IMG/VR virus record: IMGVR_UViG_3300036546_000202
Coordinates: 1 to 45,605 of that record
Length of the DNA: 45,605 bases
Reading direction: 5' to 3' (one strand)
Source of the DNA: a virus
Lineage: Duplodnaviria > Caudoviricetes
Position numbers and translations under genes: made by a program. Of the stretch, positions 8,386 to 19,400 are shown one piece after another; within the stretch, counting starts at the first letter, position 1, and the number at the start of each line of letters is the position of its first letter. The notes under the pieces are model-generated. The model saw only the letters and a program-made list of their open reading frames with translations, was not told where the DNA came from and did not search any database.

Positions 8386-10614
8386 CTAGCCACACATATA
8401 AATGCAGGCAATTTGTTTAATTTCATCTGGTGAATTGAAAATCACACGCTCACGGCTTTTCGCAACGGTATAGTTGCGTACGATATCGTCGTCCTGTTTC
8501 ATACCCTTGCCCGGCATGTCAGAGGTCACGATAAGGTCGCCTATTTCAATGTTGCCGTTCTGACCGCAGACATTGATCGAGCCCTCACCTACAGAGTTGA
8601 AAACTACCAGGTCGTAGTGTTCCTCAAACCCGCCCAGGGCCGGATCGTTTACATACCTCTTTGCGCTGTTACCCTCCTTGTCAAAATACTCCTCCAGAAC
8701 TACCGCGCTCGCAAGCCCACCTATGTCCTCTTTCAGGCCTGACCTTCTAGCGTAAACCCCTACAGCGGTTTTGTCATAAGCCGAACTGGACAGGGTGTTT
8801 GTACCGACTGCGTCTGACACCCCTTTTTTGAATATTATACATTCGTCTAGTAGGATGTCTCCAGGGGCAGGGTGCTCGGACTTTAGTAGCAGTCCTTGGT
8901 GAGCGCCGGTAAACGGGAGATACCCCACCCCACTGCTGTCGTAGTAGCCGCCAGACCTGACATCTACGCCCCCTGCAGATGAGGCCAACCACACCTCCCT
9001 GTCACCTGCTCGTCGTTGAAACTTCCCCGCAGAGCCACTGGAAGACGAGGTGTACACCCAAAAAGGAACAGCTACGGGGGAGCTTAGCGAGAGAGTGCTG
9101 CCAAAAATGTGCCCGTAGGACACAGTGGTGTCCAAGTATGTGTAGCCTGCCGAACTAACTAAGAAGCGACAAGCGGTCGTCCCGATAGGGTACGGTTTTG
9201 CCGGGGGGCTGTAGGTTCCTGTGTCAGGGTTTGGTATTGCCCTTGAATTCGATACCAAACCAGACGTGCCTGCCTGAAGTTGATTCAAAGAGCGAAGCGT
9301 ACCTGAAGTGATGCTATCCGCACTCAAGTTCGTGACACTGACCAGATTACCGTCCACATCAGTAATGAAAGTAGACCCTATCGTATCCCTGTAAGCAATA
9401 CTTCCTGCATTGTCGCTAGTGAATGTTGCCCCCTTGTTTGCGTTAGAAGCCACAGTAGAGGCGGAGTATCCGCTAATAGTTCCTGTCACATTGCCGGAGA
9501 AGGCTATAGAAGAGGAGGGTCTATAAGGAAACTCACCGGTACCACTCGGGTATCTGAGGGCGCTGTTAATCACGCCTGCAGAGTTGACACTCGAGTCCAC
9601 TTTGCGGTATGCTCCTATAGCGAAGGAATAGTACTTATTAGCAGCGGCTCCGTAAAGAATAAACGCACGTTTATTTGCAGGGACTTGGTATACAGTCTCT
9701 GCAGCGGGGACCGTGTTCATATAGTGCCTAGCAGAACTAGTACTACTATAAACGTAGACAGCAAAACCGTCAATACTCGCTTCACTGCCTGACCAAGACC
9801 ATTCAATTCCAATATCTGCTGAGCCATCCTCATTGACCACGTGGTCAATCGCATTGCCATCAGAGGCCATCGAGGGTGCAGTAATATAGCTAGTATCAAG
9901 GTTATTGAGGCTATTAAAATCTACGATCAGGTCGCCCAGGCTATCAGAAAGAGCCTGGACAGTGGTGCCTATATTTGCGGGTGGCCCATTCGAAACACGG
10001 TTGTAGTCAAGGGCTACGCCTGCAGAGAGAATTATATTACCATTGGCGTCTTTGATACTAAGCCCCCGGGAGTCGATCCTGTCAGCGCTCAAAATGCCAG
10101 TAGAAATGTTACTAGCATTCAAGTTAGTCACGTTGACAATGCTTGCATCCAACGTCCCAGAAGTTATGTCATTGGCGACGATCCTTTCTGCAACGGCGTA
10201 TTTGCCCAGATTCGTTACTTGACTGGCATCTACATTTTCCAAAAGAGCAAGTGCGCCTAAGCCGTCTATATCACCTGTGGCAAGCTTTCCTGTTACATCA
10301 CTGGCAAGGTCAATTTTACCTATACCGCTATGGCTCCCGCCAGTAATAGAAGAGGGGTACCAGTCGCTGATACGATTTCCAAAATCGTCAACAATATGCG
10401 CCCAGTAGTAATATTGAAGATTATTACCCGTGACATGCGTCACGCCTCCTGAACCTACCCCCACCAGCGTTGCACTGCCCCTGTTATTCATAGTACTAGC
10501 GTAGACAGCCATTTTGACAGGCTCGTTCCAAGAAATCTGGTTGGACTTTATTCCAGGGGTTATAGTAAAACTCTTGACTCCTGCTTGCTGGGCAGGCCTT
10601 ATGCTTATTCTCAC
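8386..10614 (-). CDS. Tail fibre/spike with C-terminal intramolecular-chaperone-like domain
   Basis: Ser/Gly/Thr-rich body with NASNISTG-type repeats; C-terminal PFTGAH...VGEGSINVCGQNGNIEIGDLIVTS...IACIYMCG; GTG start. Confidence 0.75.
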   Translation of the reverse strand: MRISIRPAQQAGVKSFTITPGIKSNQISWNEPVKMAVYASTMNNRGSATLVGVGSGGVTHVTGNNLQYYYWAHIVDDFGNRISDWYPSSITGGSHSGIGKIDLASDVTGKLATGDIDGLGALALLENVDASQVTNLGKYAVAERIVANDITSGTLDASIVNVTNLNASNISTGILSADRIDSRGLSIKDANGNIILSAGVALDYNRVSNGPPANIGTTVQALSDSLGDLIVDFNSLNNLDTSYITAPSMASDGNAIDHVVNEDGSADIGIEWSWSGSEASIDGFAVYVYSSTSSARHYMNTVPAAETVYQVPANKRAFILYGAAANKYYSFAIGAYRKVDSSVNSAGVINSALRYPSGTGEFPYRPSSSIAFSGNVTGTISGYSASTVASNANKGATFTSDNAGSIAYRDTIGSTFITDVDGNLVSVTNLSADSITSGTLRSLNQLQAGTSGLVSNSRAIPNPDTGTYSPPAKPYPIGTTACRFLVSSAGYTYLDTTVSYGHIFGSTLSLSSPVAVPFWVYTSSSSGSAGKFQRRAGDREVWLASSAGGVDVRSGGYYDSSGVGYLPFTGAHQGLLLKSEHPAPGDILLDECIIFKKGVSDAVGTNTLSSSAYDKTAVGVYARRSGLKEDIGGLASAVVLEEYFDKEGNSAKRYVNDPALGGFEEHYDLVVFNSVGEGSINVCGQNGNIEIGDLIVTSDMPGKGMKQDDDIVRNYTVAKSRERVIFNSPDEIKQIACIYMCG

Positions 10615-11051
10615 CCGGTAACCTCCAGTTGTCTTGTTGCTATCGTATAAGAGGCATTGTAGAAGGACACCTCATAAACACCAGCTACTGTAGAATCTAC
10701 GTCTACATAAGAATCAGTCACCGGTACGTTCATTACCCCATAAGCTCCGTTTGTCTCCATTGGCACAATAGATACACTAGTACCTGAGGGGATGTTTGAA
10801 AACCTCGCAACACTTACTCCGTCATTGGGGATTGATGCGACACTCTGCAAAACATTTGCAGGCACTTTTGCGGTGACAGTAGCGGGATCGCCGCTGCCGT
10901 CAGAGATGACCGTATCTGGCTCGTAATACTCTCCTACTACTGTCTCACCGACAGCGGTGTCAGCTTGATACTCAACCATATCAGCAGGACAGCTGCCGCT
11001 TCTTACAAAACTTCCTTGAGCATTAAAAACTGTGTATTTAGCATAGCTCAT
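10611..11051 (-). CDS. Tail-tip associated protein
   Basis: 146-aa beta-rich ORF coupled between tail tip and fibre genes. Confidence 0.6.
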   Translation of the reverse strand: MSYAKYTVFNAQGSFVRSGSCPADMVEYQADTAVGETVVGEYYEPDTVISDGSGDPATVTAKVPANVLQSVASIPNDGVSVARFSNIPSGTSVSIVPMETNGAYGVMNVPVTDSYVDVDSTVAGVYEVSFYNASYTIATRQLEVTG

Positions 11052-14000
11052 CGCTTAGCCCCCATCATAAATATCGTAGAATTATGCACTCTCATGTCGC
11101 CATCCTGCGAATACCAATAGAGTTCTGCTTTAATTATTCCGGAATTACAGAAACCGCTGGCTACCACTACAGGGCTGTCGTTAGGAGCCAGGCCGCCTGC
11201 AGAGCCAACGTAGGTATTGCCGTCAGAGTCTTCAAGCCTCAGCTCAAATTTCCAGTAACGCTTTCCATTCCCGAAACCCTGCGAGATTATCGCATGAGCG
11301 TATACAATACCTGGCTCATCAAGCTGCATCACAGCGCGATTTACTCGCTGTCTGCCGCCTAGTACTCCTTCTGGTGCCCACCCTGTGTGTCCTCCTGAAA
11401 CTCCTCCATAGTACCCACCATTAGATGTAACTGGAACAGTTACAGCAGAGCCTTTTATTTTCAGCGTTGATATGGCTGCATCATTTATCTCAGCCTCACT
11501 TACAGTCAATGTGCCTGCGGTAATCCGATCACCATTAATGCTTCCTGCCGCCATACTTCTTGTTGTCACAGAATTCGCAGCGAGATGATCTGCTGAGATC
11601 TCGCCAACGGCGATATGGTCAGCTAAGATAGCCCCTGCTAGGATCTTACCAGAGGTGACAGCATTAGCAGCAATTTCATTAGCGCCAACTGCCTCTGCAT
11701 CGATCTTTCCAGCAACGATGGCACCTGCTGAAATATGGGGCGACTTGATAGCATTGTCAGAGATTTGTGTCTCCGTAATCTCCCCGACCATGTCAGTGGC
11801 GTTAACAACCTTGACCCAGACATCTCCACGATTTTGATGAAGAATTGCGTCTGGTAGCAGGCTTACGTAGGCGCCTTCGGGGTAGATAGGGTCTGGCAAT
11901 GTCGGCAGACTATCCAAAAGCCTTATAGGGAAAGAGCCCCCTGCGACGTTGAAGTGCTCATAACCTAGGCTATTTAGCAAGTTCTGCTTAATCACATCCG
12001 CTGGTATAGCTGTCTGAGCGCTATGCGGCCCTGAGCGCGGTCCTGCAACGCCAGCCATAGACACAAAGTTCAACCAATAATAAACGGTTGCCTCTGTCCC
12101 TACAGGGTCAGAGAATATATTGCCCTTGGCTGTTCCCACAACTACGGCATCGGCAAAATCCGAAGTCGCTGATCTCCAAATTTCTGTATAATCATGGTTA
12201 CGGTAGCTGGGTGTCTCCCAAGCGGGATCCCAACGCAACAGAACGGTAGAATAGGCAGCGGCAATCTCTACTCCTGTAACTCCTGGAGGAGGAGTTCCAT
12301 CAGAGTAGTAGTCATAGTCGCCCGTGTAAAGGACACTCGCAACTTCTGACCAAGGACCAGGGACGCTCTCAGGATTTTCAGGATGAGTCACTCGCCCCCA
12401 GTAATGGTAACGACGGTGCGGTACTACATTACGATCACGGTAGCTATTGCCGCGCCCTCTTCCAACTGGCTCTGCATCAAGGATTGAAGGAACGTAAGGC
12501 AGCTCTTCCCCTGTATCAGGGTCTACGGGCAGTACCTCCGGTTCCAGTACTTTGACTATCTCCATAGAACGGCCACCCAAGAGTGACTGATCAGACAAGA
12601 CCCAGCTCAACTCTACTCCATCTTCGCTGTCCTGTGCCGTCAGCTCTGGGATAACAGATGTGTCAAGCGTCTCAAAGATTTTAACAGCCTCTGGACCAGT
12701 AGTCGCCATGACCGATTCTTTACCAGAGACTCTCCGGACAGCCTTGACACCGAATACGTAGGATGTATTAACGACTAAGTCACTGACAAAGAACTCGAGG
12801 CTTTCAGTTTCGCCAATTAAAATAAAAGAAGGCGCCCCATTCTCATCAAAAGAATCTTTCGTTAGAACGTAGACACGGAAATAGGTTCCCGACAGTCCGT
12901 CTGGATAGTCCCAAGACAGACGCCCTTGTGAGCCCTCCCAGATACCTAATGCATCCGGTGTATAAATAAGGGCAACAGGAGGGGATACGGTAAAGTCCAC
13001 TTCAGTGCCAGGAACTTCGTAGATGTGATCTGGAACGTTCCAGGCCAGCTGACTGTAGTCAAAACGTGTACCTTTGACTTCCGCTGTGTAGTTCTCTGTT
13101 GGACTTACTTCGTCTATTCGAACATAGTAAGGCTCTACGATACCAACATAGCAAGTCTCAGATTGCAGCCTGATGATATCCCCAGGTTCATAGAGCTTGT
13201 CTCTAAGATGAATCGTGAAGGCCACCTCGTCAGCAGTCCGGCTCATACGAACCATTTCCTCAGCTTTTGCCAAGGCATGATAATAGTCGGTACAGCCGTC
13301 AAAGAAGAAATCTTCTTCTAGCGCAACGCCGTTGTCCTCTGCCAGGAGAGCTTGGTAGATAGCATCACTAACAGGAGTGACAATGAAGTCTGCGTAAGCA
13401 GGGCTTCGCGTCGTCCAGATAAAGGCTTTAGTTGCGTCGTCTCTCAGGCGGCCTATAACAGCAGCAAGACCCTTGTTATTGGTAGCAGAGGCCTCGATAG
13501 TATAGACTGAATTTTGCTGGAGAGTGACGCCAATTGTTGCCCAGGAATTCCCACTAGAAGATAGTGTCTGATCGACACCTGGGCCAAAAATACGATAAGT
13601 CCCGGAATCATCTGCTGCCATTTCCAAGATTGCAGCGGTAGTGTCATAGCTAAAGAACTTCCAAGCCAACGTAGTGGTAAGCTCACTGCCAGACCAGACT
13701 CCATAAGTCGAGCCCACACTCCACGGCCCATCTGTATCAGACCAGCCACTGACAGGAGGATACCCAGTACCGCCGATGCCTTGGGCAACAACACCGTTTC
13801 GTTTTGGTGGCCAAGAGACGCTGTTCTCCTGAAAGGCGGCGGTATCATCATGGTAGCGAACCAGTGCGCTATTCAATCTTCTAGACATGTCAGGCGTCTT
13901 TATAGACACCGGCTCACCCAGAACCAGCTCGTCATCAGTAATAACGCCTGCCAGCTCGATCTGCTCATTAGTCTCTGGGTACTGCAGAGACAGTTTGTAC

Positions 14001-15220
14001 TTGCCTGCAGACCATACCAAACGAGCATCACCCATCGTGCCCAACAGGATTTCTATATTTTCCCTGAAGCTCTTCTTGGTATCTATGACAATGTTGCACT
14101 CATAGAGTCTCAAGGGCTGGAGATCGACTGATCGACTGCCATCCACTGGTTGCCAGAACTGCCCACCTACTGGGCGCTCTCCAACAATCTTGTCACAGAT
14201 AGCAGCAGCTTTCTCAAAGGAGACCAGATCGATCTCATCGGGGGACAGGCCTTTGCAACTGTGAAGAGTCAGATCTGGCTGCTCCAACAAGTAGTCTAAC
14301 AAACACCAAGCAGGGTTATTAGAGGCGACTCGGGCAAGCTGCAACTCTCCATTTACAACTGTCCTAACCATTTTGCCTTCAATCAGGTACTGCACATCAG
14401 GAACCGCACCCTGGAATTGAGGGTCATCCCGGTCAAGACGGACAACGTACATGGAAAAAGCCATGTCTGTGAATTTGGCTTGAGACCTATCTCCGAAGTT
14501 AGTGCTGGTTAGCAAATCCAATTGGGGATTCTTGCCGAAAAAGACCTCTGAACGAAAGGCTGCTTTGATGTCCTTTATTTCATAATAAGACACCGGAGCA
14601 TTGGTCGAGGAAGCTCCACTATCATAAGCTGAGTCAACCCCGGCAAAAATCCCGAGTTGGCTACTAGCATTACCATTAGTGGTATAGGTGCCCAATAAAG
14701 GGTCATCTAGCCGCATAGACTCATTAATAATAACATCGTGCACTGCTGAGATTGGGCCTTGGCAGAGCGCTTGTTGAATCCACAAAAACTCATTCTTAGA
14801 GCCGCCATAGCTTTTATTCAAAAGACCGGAAGGACGACCAGGTACCGTAACCTCAGTGGTGGTTACGACATGGTCATACCCATCGATCTTGGCCAACCAT
14901 TCATAAGAAGTCTCTTCAAAGGTATAAGTATAAGGAAGACGTTCTGGCGGCCCTGCATCAAATTTCTTATCTGCTGCAGAGTCAGCATAGATGAATCCGC
15001 CGGTTGTGTTATGAAAGACTCGGACGCCTCCGATCATGGCATAGCCATAGACAATAGGCAAATCTGTGGAGACACCCTCGGATACTACTTCAAAACCCTT
15101 ACGAGCTTCCTCAGCAGCTTTCGCCGCCTTCCTCATCTTACGTTGCTGTTGATATTGATAAGCTGCGGATGCTACTGTAACCACCCAGCTAGCTACTACC
15201 CAACCACTCACTGCTGCCAT
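11048..15220 (-). CDS. Central tail tip / host-specificity protein (lambda J-like, FN3 repeats)
   Basis: LPIVYG, SNNPAWCLLDYL, LYEPGDII motifs; FN3-like repeats; C-terminal A.AI.A.KI repeats. Confidence 0.85.
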   Translation of the reverse strand: MAAVSGWVVASWVVTVASAAYQYQQQRKMRKAAKAAEEARKGFEVVSEGVSTDLPIVYGYAMIGGVRVFHNTTGGFIYADSAADKKFDAGPPERLPYTYTFEETSYEWLAKIDGYDHVVTTTEVTVPGRPSGLLNKSYGGSKNEFLWIQQALCQGPISAVHDVIINESMRLDDPLLGTYTTNGNASSQLGIFAGVDSAYDSGASSTNAPVSYYEIKDIKAAFRSEVFFGKNPQLDLLTSTNFGDRSQAKFTDMAFSMYVVRLDRDDPQFQGAVPDVQYLIEGKMVRTVVNGELQLARVASNNPAWCLLDYLLEQPDLTLHSCKGLSPDEIDLVSFEKAAAICDKIVGERPVGGQFWQPVDGSRSVDLQPLRLYECNIVIDTKKSFRENIEILLGTMGDARLVWSAGKYKLSLQYPETNEQIELAGVITDDELVLGEPVSIKTPDMSRRLNSALVRYHDDTAAFQENSVSWPPKRNGVVAQGIGGTGYPPVSGWSDTDGPWSVGSTYGVWSGSELTTTLAWKFFSYDTTAAILEMAADDSGTYRIFGPGVDQTLSSSGNSWATIGVTLQQNSVYTIEASATNNKGLAAVIGRLRDDATKAFIWTTRSPAYADFIVTPVSDAIYQALLAEDNGVALEEDFFFDGCTDYYHALAKAEEMVRMSRTADEVAFTIHLRDKLYEPGDIIRLQSETCYVGIVEPYYVRIDEVSPTENYTAEVKGTRFDYSQLAWNVPDHIYEVPGTEVDFTVSPPVALIYTPDALGIWEGSQGRLSWDYPDGLSGTYFRVYVLTKDSFDENGAPSFILIGETESLEFFVSDLVVNTSYVFGVKAVRRVSGKESVMATTGPEAVKIFETLDTSVIPELTAQDSEDGVELSWVLSDQSLLGGRSMEIVKVLEPEVLPVDPDTGEELPYVPSILDAEPVGRGRGNSYRDRNVVPHRRYHYWGRVTHPENPESVPGPWSEVASVLYTGDYDYYSDGTPPPGVTGVEIAAAYSTVLLRWDPAWETPSYRNHDYTEIWRSATSDFADAVVVGTAKGNIFSDPVGTEATVYYWLNFVSMAGVAGPRSGPHSAQTAIPADVIKQNLLNSLGYEHFNVAGGSFPIRLLDSLPTLPDPIYPEGAYVSLLPDAILHQNRGDVWVKVVNATDMVGEITETQISDNAIKSPHISAGAIVAGKIDAEAVGANEIAANAVTSGKILAGAILADHIAVGEISADHLAANSVTTRSMAAGSINGDRITAGTLTVSEAEINDAAISTLKIKGSAVTVPVTSNGGYYGGVSGGHTGWAPEGVLGGRQRVNRAVMQLDEPGIVYAHAIISQGFGNGKRYWKFELRLEDSDGNTYVGSAGGLAPNDSPVVVASGFCNSGIIKAELYWYSQDGDMRVHNSTIFMMGAKR

Positions 15221-15801
15221 CAGTTCTTACCCCATCTTAGCGCCAATCTGCCTGAACCAATATATACTTGGTCGAAGGCACTGTCATTAGGAACGATATT
15301 CCTTAGATATTCTTTCGATGTATAGACGCTGCTCTTGGCGTCTAGCTTCCCCACAGGTGATGTACAGAGTATTGTGATCTTGGACGCGCCCTCTACATTC
15401 GTATCAAACTCTTTTGTGATCCCACTAATTCGTCCTCCGTATGTCATCAGCATTTGGTCTATGTCATTGATAGGGTATCCGCTCTCGGTTACAGCGGAGA
15501 GATAGACCTCAAGCCGTGCTCCTGCGAACTTCACAGAATCGAAGAACTCACTTGCCTCAAAAGTGTTGTTCGCCAATACAACCTTAAACTCAGCACGGTC
15601 GACAGTTGTGGATAGTGCTGGAGGATCGACAGCCAGCAGGTAGCCCTCATTGATAAAGGTTTCTCCCGTCGCAGTCTGGAGGGGAGCGTCGCCATAGCTT
15701 GTTAGTAAGGCAGGAGGGTCTGTATAGATCTTGACCAGATAGAACGTGTTTACGATATCCTGCTCCATCAGTTGCTGCATTGCGGGAGACAATGAAATCA
15801 T
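15220..15801 (-). CDS. Minor tail/baseplate hub protein
   Basis: Lies between Dit-like and J-like genes; ends in RWGKN. Confidence 0.65.
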   Translation of the reverse strand: MISLSPAMQQLMEQDIVNTFYLVKIYTDPPALLTSYGDAPLQTATGETFINEGYLLAVDPPALSTTVDRAEFKVVLANNTFEASEFFDSVKFAGARLEVYLSAVTESGYPINDIDQMLMTYGGRISGITKEFDTNVEGASKITILCTSPVGKLDAKSSVYTSKEYLRNIVPNDSAFDQVYIGSGRLALRWGKN

Positions 15802-16424
15802 AGAACCTCCAATAGCGTCAGAGTACCATTATCCATCAGAATACCGTCAATGTACACCATGCCGATAACACTCTCCGTGTCCAAGACCATCTCCGCAATC
15901 ACATCTTCACCTGTGACAAGGTCTACAGGAGCGCCCACGACATTATTTATGGGTGGGAACACCTTTGCCGAGAAAGTTGTAGTCGAGCGTGCTACCAGAT
16001 CTTCCATGAGCATATACACCTTATTTTGTCCTGCGAGCTGGAAGAAAGAGCCTGTAGGCAGCTCACCTCTAAGAGTAATCTTTGCCCGTCCTCTTAGCTC
16101 TAGAAGTTCTTGAAGGCTGGCAGGTGGTGTGTAAGTGGCTGTAAATACTTTAGCGTCCTTGACATGGGCTCCGTAGTTCTGTGGAAACCTCACCTTTATC
16201 GGGTTCGTATTTCCTGCGCCTACTAACGCAACCATCAGCTCGTTTGCTGAGTGTGAGAGAGGCTCTAGGTTTGTTGTAATCTCCCAGCGCTGAGCAGGAC
16301 GGCGCGAAGCCGTCCTCTTCAGAGACAGGGAGTCTGACACGAAGACAGGCTGATTGCTGCGCAGTGTCATTGGTGCTGCGAATCTGGCGACCAAGTCCCC
16401 GTTGTTGTTCAGAATCCCATACAT
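15798..16424 (-). CDS. Distal tail (Dit-like) protein
   Basis: Directly downstream of tape measure; AQRWEI motif. Confidence 0.6.
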   Translation of the reverse strand: MYGILNNNGDLVARFAAPMTLRSNQPVFVSDSLSLKRTASRRPAQRWEITTNLEPLSHSANELMVALVGAGNTNPIKVRFPQNYGAHVKDAKVFTATYTPPASLQELLELRGRAKITLRGELPTGSFFQLAGQNKVYMLMEDLVARSTTTFSAKVFPPINNVVGAPVDLVTGEDVIAEMVLDTESVIGMVYIDGILMDNGTLTLLEVL

Positions 16425-16425
16425 A

Positions 16426-19400
16426 TTACTTTTCTCCTCTTGTATAGCCCTTATTGGCGTTGTATTGATTCACACCCTGCGCAATATTTGGAAGCATTTT
16501 ATAAATTTCCGACTTAGTTTGACGAGATATGTCGCCGGTAATGGTTAAGTTTATTACTTGTTGCGATGCAGCACTATTCTGTGATACAGAGTTGAGCTGA
16601 CTGACAGAGTCATTAATTTGCGGAGCAGAGTGACCAACGAGACCACCTTTAGCAAAGCGCTGAGCTCGCCCCGCGTTTATAGCCTCAAGCATTGGCAAGA
16701 AACGGCGAGTTGACGCTGCATTTACGACATATTCACCATTAGAAACAGCAGCAAGGATGTTGTCAGAAGTGCCCGTTCCTGCCCCACGTATCAGACCGCC
16801 ATTGGCGAAGAATCCACCAAAGAAGCCTAAAATGCTTCCGAAGTTGAACCCGCCAGAGCCGGAAAACAGACTACCGATGCTTGAGAAGAGGCCTCCAAAC
16901 ATATCACCGATGCCGCTCAATCCTTTCTTGATCATGCCCAGGAGACCTCCCTCACCAAAGAGGTCTGCTATACCCCCCGTTCCCTCTTGGACTTTAGCAT
17001 GTACAGCCCCCAGTAGCCCTTCTGCCGCTGCTTCACCAGTGGCTTCTGGACTTTTTGCTGCTTTTCCATCTGACTCTTTCGTAGAAGGCATTAACAATTT
17101 AGCAATATTTGTTCCGAACGACTCAATATCTGGCATCAGCCCCTTGAAGAGACTCTCTGTCAAGCCTTTAGAGAAAGTCTCCAGAACAGACATAGTAAAG
17201 CTGTCTAGCAACGCTTTTGAAGCATCTTTAAAAGAGGACTTGCCAGATAGAAGATCAGTCAAAGAAGAGCTAAAAGAAGCCTTAGTATTTTCTGCAAAAG
17301 ACTTGCCAAGAGCCTTCGCAACAGGCTCTAGAGAAGAGATAGTGTCGATAAAAGACCGCAGTTCAGCTTCGCTTGTGTCGGCCGTCTTAGCTAATTTCAA
17401 TCGATTAGACGAACCATCCTCTAAAGCACGTGTATAAGCAACTTGCGATTCTTCAAACGCTTGTCCAAGCTCAACAAGACGCTCAATGTCAGAATCACTT
17501 ACGTACTTCAAGAGGCTGCTATCGATCTGCAAGGAATCCAGCACAAGCTTAGCAGACTTAGAGTAAGCATTGTTTTGGAAAGCAGCTCTCCGTACATTAT
17601 CTTCAGTAGCACGTAGACTGGCTGTGAACTCTTCAGTCCTCTTTTGGAGAGCTGTACTAGATAAAGCCGCAACCTTATTAGCTTTTGCCCTCTCGACTTC
17701 AGCCTTAGCTGCTTCAATCACTTCATCGCTGGCATCAGCTGGCATGGTTGCAAGGTTTGCTTCAGCACGAGCGATGGCAGCATCAAGCGCTGCGACGCTT
17801 CTTATAGTATACCCCTCCAGCTCGCTCTGTGCAGAGATCGTGTTCGTGACTGCTCCAGCAAGACTAATCTGGACTTCAGCAGGCAATTTAGAAAAATCTA
17901 AGAAAGATTGTCTTAAATCCGGTACTGCCTTAATCAAGTCATCGAAGATACCTTTAGCAGACCTAGGTAATATAACATCGTTAATAGGAGAGGTATCGAA
18001 ACTATCAGCAGCCGTTAGAGTGTTACTAATATTAGCATAAGCTTTTGAAATTATCTCTTCAAGCTTTTTAGAGGAAGTGCCATTTGCCCTCGCTTCTTCT
18101 AGTTTCTCCTGAGAAGAGGATATTTGCTGAATGCTTCGGAAAACAGCATCCCTTGCTCCTGTGCTCATCTCCCGGAAGGTATTCAAATCAGGCGCAAGAT
18201 TAGTACCATATACGGGGTCTTTCAAAAGGCCTTCTTTAAAGGCAGGCAATAGCTCTTCTAAGAGAAGTAGTGCTTTACCGTCGTCCCCTGCAGCATTCCA
18301 ATCGCCTCTAAGGGTGCCTTCCGGCGGATTATAATAATCAACAATGTCTGTAAATATCCCTTTGACGTCTGGGAAATAATCAAGAGAATCTCCCCAAAAC
18401 TCTTTAAGAGATGCAGTCAGATCTTTGGCGTTTTCTACAACAACAGGGATTGCAGAATCAGAGCTGGCTACACCAGAACCTTGGCTGAAGTGACCTACTC
18501 GCCCTGCATTTAGATGCTCTAGGAGAGGCTTGAACTTGGAAGTGGCAGAAGCATTAACAACGAATTCGCCGTTAGATATCATTGCAGGAATGCTATCAGA
18601 AGTGCCAGTCCCCGGTCCAGAAACATAGCCGCCTGTGGCAAACCTTTGAACTTCTTTTCCTGCGAGTTCCAAAAGTTTTGCACGTGATTGGAATCTACCA
18701 GGCGCCTGCTTTGCACCTTTAGAGTCTAGGACTTCTCTAGCAGCGCTGAAATAATCCTGTTCAAGCATCGCAGCACGAAGACGAGGCCAGCGTATCGAAC
18801 CTACTTGAAAGGCATGGTCAACCATGGCAAGCTTTGCAAATTTATGCAGATCAGCGAAATTACTCAAATCCCTACGAGCGATGCCCAGATACTTATCATA
18901 GTCTTCTTTGAATAAAGAATTAAGACGGGAGGCAGAATAAACCTTGTAGTTGTGGCTTCTCAAAAATTTATCATGAGGGTACGCGCCAGACTCATTAGGC
19001 GCAGTAGCGCCAGAGCCCTTAGGATTGACTTCAAAAGGAGCGTTCGCCAATGCTGTTGTTGATAGTAAATGACCCACACCAGTTGTCAGGAATCCTTGAG
19101 AATCTTGGTATACGCGAGGTACAAAACCCTCTTTAGCCTTAATGTAACTCTCACCGACTGAATCAGGTAGAAGCTTCATGGCGTCATTGACACCGTTCTT
19201 CTGCTTGAAAGCGCCTCTCAAATACCCGCTAATAGCGCCCATAATAGCGTAGAGGTCAGTATTGCCAGCATTGATATAACGGAGGAGCCAGCCTAGTTTC
19301 TTAGTAACTGCGGCATTAACAACAAATTCTCCATTAGACAGTTTTGCAGGAATGCTGTCAGAGGTACCAGTCCCCCGCCCAGAGACATACCCGCCCGTTG

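Noticed and set aside
8386-15220. Second DGR target among the tail tip/fibre genes
   Set aside because: No TR-like sequence seen at their 3' ends by eye; a remote VR outside the window cannot be excluded
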